Shown here piece by piece: positions 1-13,834 of a stretch of 64,000 nt of DNA. A program made the translations under genes and the position numbers. The stretch lies in contig NW_024704742.1 of NCBI RefSeq assembly GCF_018977255.1, positions 67,024,001-67,088,000 on the forward strand, read 5' to 3'. The notes below the pieces were generated by a model. The model did not search any database and was not told the origin of the DNA. It saw only the letters and a list, made by a program, of their open reading frames with translations. Numbering within the stretch: the stretch's first letter is position 1; each line of letters opens with the position of its first letter. The DNA comes from Callorhinchus milii. Taxonomy: Eukaryota.

Positions 1-200
1 ATACAGTGCTTTTTACGTTGGGAGGACGTCCCAAGGGGCTGGACAATGAGGGGTTTGCACCCGAGCCACGAGTTGGGATCAGAGAGGGGTGGAGGGCAAG
101 TGGGGGTTGGAGGAAGGAAGATGACTAAAACGAGATGGAAAAGGAAGGTCTTCACACGGGCCTTGAAGGAGGCAAGGGAGGCGACTAGGCAGAGGGGCTC
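1..200 (-). mobile_element. L2 3' fragment with CCTCCC-loop tail
   Basis: tttacgttgggaggacgtcccaagg...gtcttcacacgggccttgaaggaggcaaggg is the reverse complement of the 15470-15665 type. Confidence 0.75.
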
Positions 201-1109
201 TGGACTACTATAATACTAAACCATACTCGCACACCAATATGATTCAGCTTGATCTTGAAGGACAGTAATAATAAAATGAGATGCTCACAAACCTTTGATC
301 AAGAACAGACACAATCTCAGTCAGTGACTTGCCCAAGGGTCACCTTCCCAAACGCACCATTAGGTATTCAGTAGATTCTACGGCGCTATTTGGAGAGATA
401 AGGGAGTTTCTCCCAGTGTAGTGATCAACAATCTCTCAAATAAAATGAGTCATTTGTAAGACAATGCTGTGTGCAAATTGGCTCCTGCAAATTTGCCCAC
501 AAGGTTCACAGTTTACAGAAGCACTTTGAGATTTCCTCCTGACATGAAAGATGTTGTACCAAATATGAGAATTATTATTGTTTTTGGCCAGGATATTTGT
601 TATATGACCCCACTGAGTACTGATTGTCCAATCATTAGACTCCATGTTCCTTTTCCTTTTCCAACTGTTTTTCTGTTTTTCATTAAAAAAAATTGAAAAT
701 TAAAGCAATATAATCCCACCACCTACATGCAACAAAAATGATACAAAAACTCAAATCCTTTCTAGCCAAACATTATTCAAAGTGCTCCTTCAGTACGTTT
801 TGTTTTAACGTGTTCCATGGTAACAGGTCCTTGTGGTGTTTCATAGAATATTGCAGTCCAGAAAAACAGACCATCCAGCCTATCAAGTCAAGGCAGGTTA
901 AATAGAGCGAAACCACACAGAAACAGGCCATTCGGCCCATCTAATCCTTGCTTTTCTCAGTGCTTTTCTCTGCCTTTGTTTCTTCTCCACATGAGACACC
1001 TCATCTAATATCACTTCTCCTACTTACTTCCCATATCATAATAACTGTATTCCTCTAAGCCCTATCATTGGTGTCTGAGCTTTACAATTCTATATCCCTA
1101 ACCGCTAGG

Positions 1110-1322
1110 CCTCCTCCCGCCCTCTGCTGCCTTGTCTCGCCCCTTAAAGTCCTGCCTTAAAACCTACCTCTTCAACTGCGACCATGGTCAACTTCTCCTT
1201 CTACCTCCTCTGCTCACCGTTGCTTAGTGGCTGTCCCTGCCATTGTAACACGTATTTGTATAGTACCCTTCACGTAGATGTTATTCTGCATGAAGGGTGC
1301 TATATAAATACAAGTTGTTGTT
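1110..1322 (+). mobile_element. L2 3' fragment
   Basis: cttaaaacctacctcttc (LKTYLF), and tail gaagggtgctatataaatacaagttgttg. Confidence 0.65.
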
Positions 1323-1810
1323 TTCCTCTTTTTCGAGGTTCTGTGCAATTCCCTTTTAAAAATGAATATATCTTTCACTATGTCAAACAAACCCCACAAC
1401 AGGTACGGTGACTAAGAAAAGCTGAAGTTCAAATAGATGCAGGAATGTAATAAAATATCACAGTGCTGAGTTATAAAACCAGGATTAAAATATAGATGTG
1501 TAGCTATATTAGGACTGCATGTTTACTGTTGTTTCTACGTTTCTGATCACCTAACTCATATAGAATAGGTTCTATTTCCAGTTGAAATGTTTATATGTGC
1601 TTCGACCAAGTAAACCTGTTATGTACGAAGGGATGGATATGTGGGTGGATGTTTTGTTGGAATATTTGACTCTAGTTTTCCAGTACATATTGTTTTGTTG
1701 ATGATGGGGTGGGAGGTTGGGGAGAAAGGAGATAGCACTATTTTAATGCTTTTATTTTAAAATTAATGTGCAAAAACCAGCATATCGCAAAACTTGTGGA
1801 CAACTGAGAC

Positions 1811-1960
1811 AACTGTTTGTGGGACACTGCTGTGCGCAATTGGCTGCCATGTTTCTCCCGCAAAATACAGTCAATTCACTTTACAGTATATTCTGTGAAG
1901 CGCTTCGAGATGTCAACCGTGATAAGGTGCTATATCAAATGCAAAGATTATTATTACTAT
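1811..1960 (+). mobile_element. Deu SINE 3' half
   Basis: ctgtttgtgggacactgctgtgcgcaattggctgcc...gcgcttcgaga...gataaggtgctatatcaaatgcaaagattatt. Confidence 0.85.
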
Positions 1961-3072
1961 AAATATAGAATTTCTTTTGAAATGAAGGCTGATCTGAATA
2001 TTAAAGGGGAGCACCTGTCAGCCACCCTGGGAGCTGTCAGTCTTAGGTGCGAGTTGAACCTACCTCCCAACACTATGTGTTAGAAATGGAATTGACATCC
2101 TGTCAGGCATGGTGTTAAATTTGCTCTTACTGGATGCAATAGTAGTGCGCTTGTTTGAGTAACACACTCTTGAAGATTGGCTGACCCGGTGCGAGAAAGA
2201 TGAAGTAAAATTTGGTTGAAAGCACACTAGTGTGCATTGAGTACATCTGGAGTTTGGAGAACATTTTTTGAATTCCTAAGATTTTACGAATCCTAAGGTT
2301 ATAGTATTATGCACATTTACATTGCAGGGTTGCCACAAACAGCTCTACAGCTTTCCAAAGGCTTGGAATGCCCCTTTGAAAGGTGGTTTTCTCTACCCTT
2401 CTGGCATCAAAATTAACAATCCATGTAGATTGGGGGAGTTTCACAGCCTGAAAGCAGAAATTGTGATCTGCACTTTTTTAAAAAAAAACATGGATTTGCA
2501 AGTTCCACAATTGTTTCTGGATTACTTCCAACTATGCGTTCTGATGCTTCTGTCAAGTTGACCACACAATGTAAATTGAATCATTATTATTACTCTTTCA
2601 TTATTTGACCTCCTGTGCCTTTTCCATTCTTGTACAGTTTTGATTTTTTTTAGGATATTGAATGCCCTTCTCTCCTCTTTCTCTTCCCCCATCATTGGAT
2701 TGTGATTTATGAATTGCAAAGACGCCCATGAAATTGATTCAACCAGTCAATAACTAACCCTATTGCATTTAAAAATCACTGCTACAAACAAAGGTGAATT
2801 TGAAACTAAACTGAAGGGCACTATACAAATGCAAGTTGGCGTTGTTGTACTACTGTACTATATACTCCCTTAAAAGCAAGCGAGACTAACCCCTCAATGG
2901 GCGAGAATAACATTATTACTTGTGCTTCCCCTGGAGGAAAACTATTGTTAGTCTGAGATGGCATTGTGTGCTATCACAGCAAAATCCTTACTTTCCCTTT
3001 CCAAGTGCACTTAATGCTGAAGTAAGTGTTCAATGGGTTCGAGTGAGAAAATAATGGGGGGAAAACATTAAT

Positions 3073-3680
3073 TACATAGAAAGTTACAACAAGGATCATT
3101 TAGTCCAAGAGTGTGTTTTTTCTCCACATGAACTGCCACTCCTGCCAATCCCCTCTCCCATACCATCTATATTGCCTTCTCCCTCACATTTGATGCTTTC
3201 TGATCAACAACAACTTCTGGCAGTGTGAAGAATTCTCACCCTCTGTGTGAAGAAGTATCTTCTAAACTCCATTTTCAAACTACTACTGGCTTATATTTAA
3301 CACAGCCAGTAGTATTCGTCAGCAAATGGAAACTATTAATGCACAACTTATCAAATCCTTTTATGATTTTAAACACTTATGTCAGTTGTCTCATCTCCAA
3401 AGAAAAAAGTGTTAACCTGTCCAATCTTTCTTGGCAGCTGTATCAACTCATCCCTGGTAGGATCCTATTAGGTATACACTGTACTCTCTCCAATGCTGCA
3501 AAATCCTTCACCTAGTTTGGTGACCAGACCTGCATGCAACACGCCAAATGTGATCTAACCAATACTTTATAGAAATGTAACATTATTTCCCTTCTTTTGA
3601 ACTCTTCTCGTCTGAATATCAAGCCAAAGACGCTATTTGCATTCTTTATAGCTTTATCCATTTCTAGTGCTACTTTTAGA
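3073..3680 (-). mobile_element. Degenerate CR1 LINE 3' portion
   Basis: Colinear with 57437-58150 (ctctgtgtgaagaa, tcaaatccttttatgattttaaacac, ctctccaatgctgcaaaatccttc...tgaccaga). Confidence 0.72.
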
Positions 3681-5574
3681 GTGAAATTGGGTGGGGATGA
3701 AAGAAGTGTCTCACTTAACTACATTAACTACTCCACTGATATAAAAGTAGTATTTTTCTATACCTTGTGGCAAATCTGTATTATTGTATTGATATAAAGA
3801 GATTAGCAGTTAATGATTTTAGCGTGTGCTCTTTTTGCTTTATTTTCAAATTGCTTCATGATGCCTTGAAACTTGAGTCTGCAGTCATTTGGTATTAATA
3901 ATAATCTTTGCGATTTGTGTAGCATCTCCTCACGTTGTCTTGACTCACTTCGGGTGGGGGCGGTGGGGGTTACTGTAAAGTGCAGTGACTATTTGCAGGT
4001 GAACTCCTCACATGACGTTTTGGCTATTAATCAGGGCAGGGAAAGTCACCTCAAGGAGCTCTGGGCTGTTTTCTTTCTTTCTGTTTCCATATCATAAATA
4101 AATTATGACTAATCATAGTCAGTCATTTTCCAATTATGAAGAGAGCTGGGCCATTTCCGTAAGGTGTTGGGCATTATCTTCTGTTCAGGTTATTTTTTGT
4201 GATTTTTCTGAAGCCTGAAATCACCATGTATAGTGTTGAGTCTGCATGGATTTTAGCCCTGCTTTAACAAAAAAAGCCCCAATCTGTTTTGTGTATATCT
4301 TTTTTGTGCAGCTGGAAGAACAATTCATTCTTGCTTACTGAAGGCAGGATTATATGTCACTGTGCCTTGACAGAAATTCAATGAATATTCAATGAGAATT
4401 TTAATGCACTATCATCACAAAGGCAATTGGTGGGTAGCTATATTAAACACTTTCTTCTCTTTGGTTGAAATCTGCTGCCTCATCCACCAGATGACCTTAC
4501 AGTATTTGAATTCCTGGAACCTTTCTTCACCCTTGGAGGCACTGTCCAAATGAGCAATGATGTAAAACTGCCTTTGATTATCTGAATTGCATCTGAACAG
4601 TGCAAATGAACTCCCCAAATCTTTAGGACAAAGGTAACAAGTCTTCGTAATTTGTAACAAAGCAATGATCTCAACAAGATCATTGATTATGAAAGAGATC
4701 ATAATGTGTATAATTGACTAGTTAGTTGGACCTTTGCTTTTTAAACTATTGATGTTATTAATAAGATGAACCTATTAAAGAAGAGCAAACTTGAGGGAGA
4801 AAGGAATAGAGGGATTGAGGGGGGTGGTGGTGGGGGGGGCTTGTGTGGTGTATAAACACCAGCACTGACTAGTTGGTCCGAATGGTCTATGTTTCCAAGC
4901 TGGGTAACTCTAAATAATTAAACTCTGTTGAGCCAGAAGAAATGCTGTACAGAATACTGAGAATTTAAATGGTGGAAAAGAACCTAATTAATCATTTGTA
5001 GCCTGTTGGTGCAGTAAATATATTTATATAGAAGCTCAGGTACAAACGCTTGACTTTCCAGAGCCTAGCATGTCCTCCCGACATTAAAGGCACTATACAA
5101 ATTTTAATTTGTTGTTTTCTGATAAAACTGGGGCCACAGACTGGTACAATGTCGTCTTTGTTGTCTGGACAAAACTTAACAAAGTGAGGTGCTGTACTTT
5201 CTTCCCCCACATGGGTGGAAAAATATCTCAGGGTGCCTTGTGCATCTGTCACCACCTGCACAGGTCACCTGCCCATCTTTTGGTTGAGTGGGGATTCAGA
5301 CCAGAGGAGTGGTGACCACTGAAGCAATCTCATGATAGTGATCAGTGACTGGTTCTTGACCCGCATAGAGTAGCTGCTATATTTAAAATAGTATTTAGCA
5401 GCTCACTAGAACGGGGTAAACACCTGGACCCTTTGTAGCTGAATCTAATATTACACCAACCTTGCATACAGCCAGTCAGCAGGTCTACAGAAACTCTTGT
5501 TTTGTGGGCTGAATTTTTGAACATCTTTAGCTGCTGCACTGTGATGATGAAAGGCCTCCTCCACCCCCCATCCA

Positions 5575-5737
5575 TAATAATGATCCTTGCATTTGATATA
5601 GCGCCTTATCACATAATTGAGACGTCTCAAATTGCTTCACAGATTATATTGTAAAGTGGATTGACTGGGTATTTTTGTGGGCGAAACGTAGCAGCCAATT
5701 GCACAGCAGTGTCCCACAAACAGTCATGGATTGAATG
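5575..5737 (-). mobile_element. Deu SINE 3' half
   Basis: ataataatgatccttgcatttgatatagcgcc...gcagccaattgcacagcagtgtcccacaaacagtc. Confidence 0.85.
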
Positions 5738-6199
5738 TTAATGTTACAATTCCTGTCGTAATTCTACTCAAAGATCAACATCTCTGACTACTAGTTATTA
5801 GGAATTTTGTATTAACTGGCAATGTAATGAAAAACACAAACGTTTTGACAATATTCAACTTATTGCCCCCTTTTTCTTCTATTCTTTTTACCCTTTTCTT
5901 CCTGCTTGTGTCGTTATTTTATCCTGTTGTGTTGTGTTTTTTGGCTTTAAAAGCCTTCCCCCTTTCCAACTCCAGATATCCAATCTTATTGGTAGAAGTT
6001 TTTTTGTTTTAAATAGTTTTTCTTTGGACCTTTTTTCTTTGGACCTGGTTTTGTAGCCAACGTAAAATCCAGACATGGGTCACATTCTGATAATGATAAT
6101 CCTTACATTTACATAGTACTTTTTATGCCATCAAGATATCTTAAAGCGCTTCACAAGATACACAGTAAGGCGATATGACTGTTTATATTGTGGGCAAAT

Positions 6200-6570
6200 T
6201 ACAACAATTTGCATTTATATAGCACCCCTAACACAGGGTGGTGTCCCAGAGCACTTGACATTGGTGGAGTACAATGCAGAGTTGGGAGAAGGTGACTATT
6301 GGCACAGTTTGAAGAGGAAGGTCTTCAGGCGTGACCTTAAGATGGGCAAGGCAGGGGGATAGAGGAAGTATGTTCCAGAGTTTCAGGGCGTGTTGGCTGA
6401 AAGCACGGCGACCGATGGTGGATTGGAGGCCACAAGGGACATGTAGGAGGCAGAGCCAGTTGAGTGGAGACGGCGGTTCGTGGGTTGGGGGTATAAGCAG
6501 GTCGGAGGTGTAGGGAGGTACCAGGGCATGAAGAGATTTGAAGACGAGTGTGAGGGTCTTGAAATTGATT
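6200..6570 (-). mobile_element. L2-clade LINE 3' fragment
   Basis: The reverse complement is colinear with 32495-32850 and ends in the tail atataaatgcaaattgttg. Confidence 0.78.
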
Positions 6571-8397
6571 ATAAACTTTTTGGTGATCCCTTTTGGTGAT
6601 CAAATGCAAGGATTATTACTAGTATCTTCCCCTCCTGTCATCCACCCATCTTGGGCCTCTGGTCAGTGTTTGTTGAACAGCTTGAGATGTTTTCCTTATG
6701 TGACGTGCAAAGTGTAAAATAATAATAATAATCCTTGCATTTGATATATCCTATAAGGATAAGTTGCTGTTATTATGCTCCGAGGAACTCCAGGGTCAGA
6801 AATAATGGACAGCCAGTCCTAAGAGCAAATTATTTTTATCTATGAGACGAGTTGTGTGGAGAATTCCTCAGGAAATGGAACAAGACAATAAAATGGAAGA
6901 AAACTGATATATTTTTAAAAGACTACATGGTATTCGTTTAGATAGAAATGAGAGGCAGAACGAGTAAGCTTCCATGTCAAAATCTTGACGTGCTTCACAC
7001 AGAGAGATACTTTAAAGGATGTGTTTATCTCTCCCCTATTGTTAATCAGCGGGATTTGAATGTGATGGATGGGTGAAGTTGTCAAGTGTCTGCTGTGTAC
7101 GATTTGCCAGTGATGTTTTATCAACAAATGGGGAATGTTTGATTGTCACAGGCTGAATAGCTGTTTGAATCAATTCAATAGGAAACTGTGCCAGAATGTA
7201 GATGTCAAATTATCTGTATGAATGGCTGTCTGTTACAATTATTATTCTGACAGCCTATTTTTACACTGACTTGTCTGAAGTCCTCAAAATGGGAGTTGTT
7301 TTAATCTAAGATGGGAAATACATTCCAATGCCAGACATCTAGTTGAATTTGGCAGCAGCTCTCTTCAGACATCTCCTGAAATGATGTGTTAACTTAAAAC
7401 TTACCTGTGATATTTTATGTTGGAGGAGAAAATGATGAATTGTTGCATCAATTTTACAAGGCTGCCTTGAGGACAGTGTTTATATATTCTGTACCTATTG
7501 GAAGATGGATTTTGATTGTTTATTTTCCCACATACACCACATCTTCAAGGCTTTCTTTAATCTGTCTTCTTCAATAAAGCTCTGTTTCTAATTGGGAAAT
7601 GTAACTTTTCCTGAATGTAATTTTTTTACCTTGTGTTTGGTGCTGAAGAACAGATGAGAACAATACACGTTAACAGTGTAATGGAACAATTTTGAATTAA
7701 AAAAAGACCCTTTTACCAGCCTCGCCCCATATCTGGGTTTGAATGAACAGAATGCCTCCAGGCTTCAGAGCTACATCATGAAAGTGTCTGTTGCAAAGCT
7801 GCGTCAGTCAAAGTTACTTAACCTTGGCATCCCTAATGTTTTTTCATTTGCATTTTATCTGCAATAGTGTGCACCTCATTTCAAGACACAAAATGCTAGC
7901 CTCTCGAGAATTACCTAGTAACAAGGGTGTGGCTTATTGATCTTTTTTTTACCTTCCTTTCTGTGTAAATGAATAGCATCTGCAACGAATGCAGTGTACA
8001 TACAAGGATTAATATTATTATTACATGAATCAAGCTCAAGAAAACCCAGTACCAATGGGCTGTTTCAGGTCCCAAAACCCAAACATTGTGTTCGAATGGG
8101 GCCAAAGTGGCCACCAACAAAGTCACTTCCTGCACCCTGTGATTATTTCCTGCCTGCCCAAAGTGCCGGACTGTTAGCTCAAGGCTGGAGAGTCCCAACG
8201 GACGACCACGTTACAACTTAACTCGCACAATAGTAATCCATTTTATAACTGAATCATCCTGCATGTGACATTTCTTTAATTTTCATCCGTTCCTGAAGAA
8301 CGTGTGTTGTGCTAAGAGAGCGGGCATTTCGCTGGGCCCATCCTCGCTGTGTGAATGTTGCTAATCCATTTCTTTTACCATTCAATATTGTCTCCTT

Positions 8398-8731
8398 ATA
8401 ATCCTTGATATAGCGCCTTATCACGTCTTCAAGACATCTCAAAGCGTAAAGTGAATTGACTGTATATTTTGTGGGTGAAACGTGGCAGCCAATTACTCAG
8501 AGGAGCATCCTACAAACAGTCGTGGATTGCATGATCAAATTAAAAAAACATGTATTTTTGAAGGGATTTTTACCCCCGGAAAAGCAATCCGCCAATTGAT
8601 TAATAACCGGGTTCCTACTTACTGCTAGGTGAACAGAGGTGTGTGGAGTAAGGGAACTTGGCTAACATTTTGCACTGCCCGGGAATCAATCCTAGGTTCT
8701 CTCGCTTGCGAGGTGAGTGCCAAAAGACTCC
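8398..8731 (-). mobile_element. Near full-length Deu SINE (long subfamily)
   Basis: Tail, Deu core, actgctaggtgaacagagg segment and tRNA-like head remnants (ctcgcttgcgaggtgagtgc...gactcc) are all visible. Confidence 0.85.
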
Positions 8732-9039
8732 ATTTCCTTCCTTTTGTTGGATCAAATTTGTCACCTGGTTCCACCAATAGATGAGACTAAGGTGGAAAGT
8801 AAATTGCTCCACTTGAAATGAGGGGGAGAGAGGAAGCTTTCTAAAATCCATTGTCCTGTACCTCTTCTCTGGGCACGTGATCCAACCAAGAGGTGTTATA
8901 CCTCCCTGAAGAGGTAGACTGAGGAGAGCTTTTGGCAGGTTAAAGCTGTTGCCCTCACTGACGAACTAGACTGAACATTGTCCACACTTTCAAATCCTTC
9001 CATGCTTTGCTTCAATCTAACTGAAACCTCCTGCAGACT

Positions 9040-9477
9040 ATAATAATAATCCTTTCATTTGATATAGCATCTTAACACATCATTGAGACATCACAAAGCA
9101 CTTCACCGGATATACTGTAAAGTAGATTAACTGTATTTTGTCGACAAAATGTGGCAGCCAATTGTGCACAGCAATATCTCAAACAGCCATGGAGTTAGTG
9201 ACCAATTTTATTTGAGGATTGTTGGCCAGGACATTGGGAGAAACTCCTTTCTCTTTTTGAATAGTGCCAAGGGATCTTTAATGTCTACCTGAACAGGCAG
9301 ACGAGACCTCGGTTTAATGTCTCATCCAAAGGATGGCACCTGTAACAATGCAACACACACACAGAACTGTATTGGAGTGACAGCTTAGACTGTGTGATTC
9401 CAAGTCCCGATGTCAGGCGTGAACACACAACCTGCTGACTTGGAGGCAAAGGTGGTTCCACTGAACCCAGCTGACAG
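9040..9477 (-). mobile_element. Old SacSINE1/AmnSINE-like SINE with long Deu domain
   Basis: Contains ttggccaggaca...aaactcc...gaatagtgccaagggatctttaatgtctacctgaacaggcagac...cctcggtttaatgtctcatccaaaggatggcacc, the long Deu-domain signature, plus a degenerate tRNA-like head. Confidence 0.8.
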
Positions 9478-9729
9478 TTGCTTCTCTATAGTTCTCAAAA
9501 GAAAACTTACAGAAAAACAACTTTGAAATGAAGACTGTATTTAATAATTTGGCAAAATCCTGGTCACTCAGAATTGCTATGTTAATGGAGTAAATTTAAA
9601 CCTCTGTGGAATTTCTCCTCAATTATAAGGGTTTCTCATTGTAAGTGCACAGTGCTGAGATTTGCTGCATTTTACAAACAAAACCCAATAATCCATTTGA
9701 AGCTTCCTTGTATTTTATGTGTGCCTTTG

Positions 9730-9733
<4 letters not shown>

Positions 9734-9760
<27 letters not shown>
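9734..9760. repeat. (TA)n microsatellite
   Basis: Uninterrupted TA run. Confidence 0.95.
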
Positions 9761-10319
9761 CGCTGCTATTGCTTTCAAAAGAGCTGAGGTACACTTCCTG
9801 AAAGAGGTCAGTGAAAACTGTAAAATGGGAAGGGAGGAGGAAATGTTGACTGACATGATCGCAACAATGCCAAACACTAAAAGGGGCACAATCCCTCCTT
9901 CTAATGCGGATGATCATGTGTCAGCTGAATGAGTTTCTAATGTGTCGGTGGGTTTCAGCAAACTACTATAGTGACTTGAATGTATTTTTTGATAGCTGCC
10001 CCCCCCCCCCCCACCACACAGTCTATAGTGAACCCACAAACATCAGTCATTACCATCTGTGATCATTCAGCAATTCAGCATCTTATCTGGTGACCAGCCC
10101 TGTGGTAAGCTCATCCTGTCCATTTCTATGCTTTTGGATTGCCAGGAAAATGGGTGGATGGAGAGGGTGGGGGTTGTCTTGCTGTAGGAGGACAGGAGCA
10201 TGCAGCTGTAGTTCCCTCCCGTGGTTTGGTTCCAAGAGGGTGGGACCCTTTCAGAGATAAACCATGCTCCATCTGCTTTTACTTTTAATGTGAGATTTTT
10301 ATTAAAAACGTACAACTTT

Positions 10320-10662
10320 TTTTACACTTCGCTGGCAGCTGAACCACAATATTTGCAGCTGTTTAAGGGAATACGGCAGCCAATTTCCACACAGAAATGT
10401 CCCACAAACCATAATGCCTATTTTTTTTTGGCTTGTTGACCAGGGCACCAGGAAAAAAAACCTCTTTTTTCTTTTCAAATAGTGCCATGGGATCTTTAAC
10501 GTTCACCTGGCCAGGGAAGCAGGACCTTAGTTGAATTTCTCACCTGGGCAGCAGCTCTAACATTGTAGTGGCCCCCCCAGCAATGTACTGGATTGTCCCC
10601 AAATCAGATTTGAACACACAATTTTCAGAGACAGAGTGCTACCAACTGAACCGAGCTGACAT
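10320..10662 (-). mobile_element. Old long-Deu-domain SINE, degenerate
   Basis: caaatagtgccatgggatctttaacgttcacctg, and head remnant agtgctaccaactgaaccgagctgac. Confidence 0.7.
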
Positions 10663-10924
10663 CTGCGACTGAGTTCTTGCACTTCAACATCATTCCTGGG
10701 TCCTTTCCTCTCACTCCTTATGAGAGGTTGCTAAACTGAACTGTATGTCTGTATAATATTAAGCATCTTTCATCAACTCCAACTGATATCCGCCTATCCA
10801 ATAATGTGGGTATTGAAAACAAATTTGAGGTAACAGAGCATTTTCTTGTCCTATGGTGCATGAGTCTGAGGAACTATTCTTGTAAGATATACCAAGCCTA
10901 TCCAGACAATGAGCTCTTTAGAAT

Positions 10925-11050
10925 AATATAATAATATCTTTGCATTTGATATCGTGCCTTATCACGTCAAGATGTCTCAAAGCGTTTCACAGATATATTG
11001 TAAAGTGAATTGACTGTATATTTTATGGTTGAAACATAGCAGCCAATTAA
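10925..11050 (-). mobile_element. Deu SINE 3' fragment
   Basis: Tail sequence shared with the family. Similar short tail fragments occur near 6090, 16170, 16935, 24871, 29910, 33830, 37590, 40480, 42255, 42330, 43380, 44105, 45903, 46225, 54950 and 55700. Confidence 0.75.
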
Positions 11051-11904
11051 AACTAAGCAATGTAATAGCCTGTTTAAAGATCCATAACCAAACTTTTTCA
11101 CTGTCCAAGTTTAATTTAGCAGTATGATTTATATATTAGTTTATGATTATAACATCTTGCTGCATCCACACCCTTGTTTTTTTTTGTAAATGCCTTGTTG
11201 AATGACTTGTTTGGCAGAATAGGGTTCCAAGCACTCTGGGACACAACATTGCGTGAGGGGCGTTATATAAATGCAAGTTGTTGTTGTAGATTGATGTCTA
11301 TGCCGTTTGATTGCACTCTTGCCTGTGAATCAGATGTTTGTGCTTCCCCACATCAGAATGTGAGCTTGTAATAAGGCTAACGTTCCAGTGCATCACAGAG
11401 AGAATCCTGCATTGCTGTCCTTCTGATAGGGTATTAAACCAAGGGCATGTCAGTCAGTTTAAGTTGACATATCGCTGTCCTGGCCCATCTTCCTAATCCA
11501 AATTCATCATGTTAAAAAATAATAATTGGTCCTTTATCTCATGGTTTGTCGGGCGTTCTTGGAGCTGCTGTTTTTTGCTGACAAGTCAATGCACTTTAGA
11601 GTTTTGGCATAAGCTTATATATCAAACATAGCAGTATAATCGCCATAGAACCCATTCGCACAGCTCAGGCACCAAAGATTGTTTGGTTCATTCCTAGACA
11701 TTTCCATTCATGTGCACTGCACATTTCTTCTGGTTGGTAACTCCATGGATATTGATTGAATGCAGCCTTTTCATTGAATGGAACTATTTATAAATGCTGT
11801 GGAAGTCACGTGTGTAGCCTTGATGACAGAATGCCTATTTATCAACGTTTCCCCAGCCCTTTACAATCTGAAAATGTCTGTCTGTCTTTTCAAAAAGTAA
11901 AAGT

Positions 11905-12300
11905 AGTAATAATTCATTGGATTTGATATAGCACTAAACATGTCTCTGAAACCCCTCAAAGTGCTTCAGAGGATTTTTGCTGTAAAATGTAGTGACTGTA
12001 TTTGTAGGCGAACACGGCAGAATATCCCATAAACAGCCATGAAGTGAATGTCCAATTTCATCTAGAGGATTTTTGGCCAATGCACTGGAGGAAACTCCTT
12101 TTTCTTTATGAATAGTGCCAAGTGATCTTTAACATTCATCTGAACAAGCAAACGGGAGATTGGTTAACCTCTCATCTGAAGGCTGGCACCTTTGACAATG
12201 CAATGCACCCCAAAAACTGCACTGGAGTGTCAGCTTAGACTATGTGAGTTCAAAGTACTGCCATGAGGCTTGAACCCACAGCCTTCTGATTCTGAGACAA
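11905..12300 (-). mobile_element. Old long-Deu-domain SINE
   Basis: Colinear with 9040-9477 (gaatagtgccaagtgatctttaacattcatctgaac...ggcacctttgacaatgca...ggagtgtcagcttagac). Confidence 0.78.
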
Positions 12301-12732
12301 CTCTGCCGTGTCCTTTGTTACCATCCTCCAAAGCTTGACAATGGGCAGGCAAAATCTTTACCTTTACCCACAGCCTTAAAAAAAGAAGGAAAGTCATTCT
12401 GAACCCTATGTGTGACGCTTATAGTGATGATATGATGTCGTTCGGGTTCCTCACATTCACATTTCGCTGGCCTACAGATTTTTGGGGCAGCCCTTGATTG
12501 CCATTTGTAGATTTTGTTTGAGAAACAAATGTTGCTGTTGTATTTTCCAGTGGCAGATGGTGGTTGGTAGAAATAGGCCAGGAGGTCAGGGTGAGAGTAG
12601 TTTTGAATGGATAAAAGTCTAGGGAACCGTGTTGGTTTACAGTTCATAGACAAATTGAAGAAATTGCAGTTTGGCAGAGGTAAAAAGTATTTACAGCAGA
12701 AAGTTTTGCCTTTGTCTAAAAATAATAATAAT

Positions 12733-12906
12733 TTGGTCACTCAAACCACAGCTGTTTGTGGGGCACTGCTGTGCGCAATTGGCTGCCCCATTTCGCCCCC
12801 ACAGAATAATATACCATCAATTCACTTTACAGTATATTCTGTGAAGCGCTTTGGGATGTCTCGAAGATGTGATAAGGCTGGATCTCGAATGCAATGATTA
12901 TTATTA
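12733..12906 (+). mobile_element. Deu SINE 3' half
   Basis: Deu core and tail are present. Confidence 0.8.
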
Positions 12907-13337
12907 AATGCAAGGAGTGTTATCTAAGCAATTCATTATTGTATTTTGTTTGAAGTGCAACATATTGAAAGTAAATGAGTCACCGAAGCCATACCATTCC
13001 TTTAAAGGGCAAGTACTGATGATTTAAAGTTTATCGGGCAAGTTTTCTCACAGGACAGTGTGGAAGGTGGTTGTGAAAAAGCAGTATGTGTAGTCACATG
13101 ACAGATAATGATCAGCAGCAAACTGAGGTTTTTGAATGCTCTAATCATAAGCATTGTGTTAATTTGCGATCTACTTTGTATAAAACAGTATTTGAACTTT
13201 TGGAAGCTACGTTCAAATAAACAATGACATAAGAAGTATGTTCTGAGTGAATTCTTTAGGTTTTGTATTAGCACCGTGCAGTTCATATTGAAAGTGCCAA
13301 GATAATTGCACAATCTGGAAAGATTTTTTAAAAAGTA

Positions 13338-13834
13338 CAGTAAACTCTTGATAACTCAACGGTGACTTAACGTGTCACTGTCACTTAAATAGCCATGCTG
13401 GTTATCTCCTAGTTGCCTCACACACAAAATGCTAATAAGGGTCTCTACTTTACTTGGTACTCTGCTTAGCACATAACAAGTAGCATTGGAGAAATTCTTG
13501 TAGGATAACTTCTCCTATAAGATGGTACCTTGCATTGCAGAGGCCTCCTACCATATCCCGTGACTGATGCAAGCACTTGGTCTAGATTGGACATGCTTAC
13601 TCAGGTGTATCCCAGACGCCTTTGGTCTATTGGAGGATCATAGGTTGACAGCATAGGTTGGGAGACCAGAGGCCTCTGCGATGCATCTGAACATGTGGTC
13701 CAACCTCCACCGAATGGCCGCACTAGTTATAGCGCTCAACCATGTGGCCCAGGAAGACCTATACCTGACTTGTTATTCCTAATTCATCGCTGAGCTCTTT
13801 TCCCTTGGAGTGATGAGTCATCCAGAGTTTACTG
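13338..13834. mobile_element. Tigger/pogo-like (Tc1-mariner superfamily) MITE
   Basis: Left TIR cagtaaactcttgataactca (13338-13358) versus reverse complement of the right end cagtaaactctggatgactca (13814-13834), 19/21 identical. TA lies immediately 5'; the right flank is TT. Confidence 0.6.
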
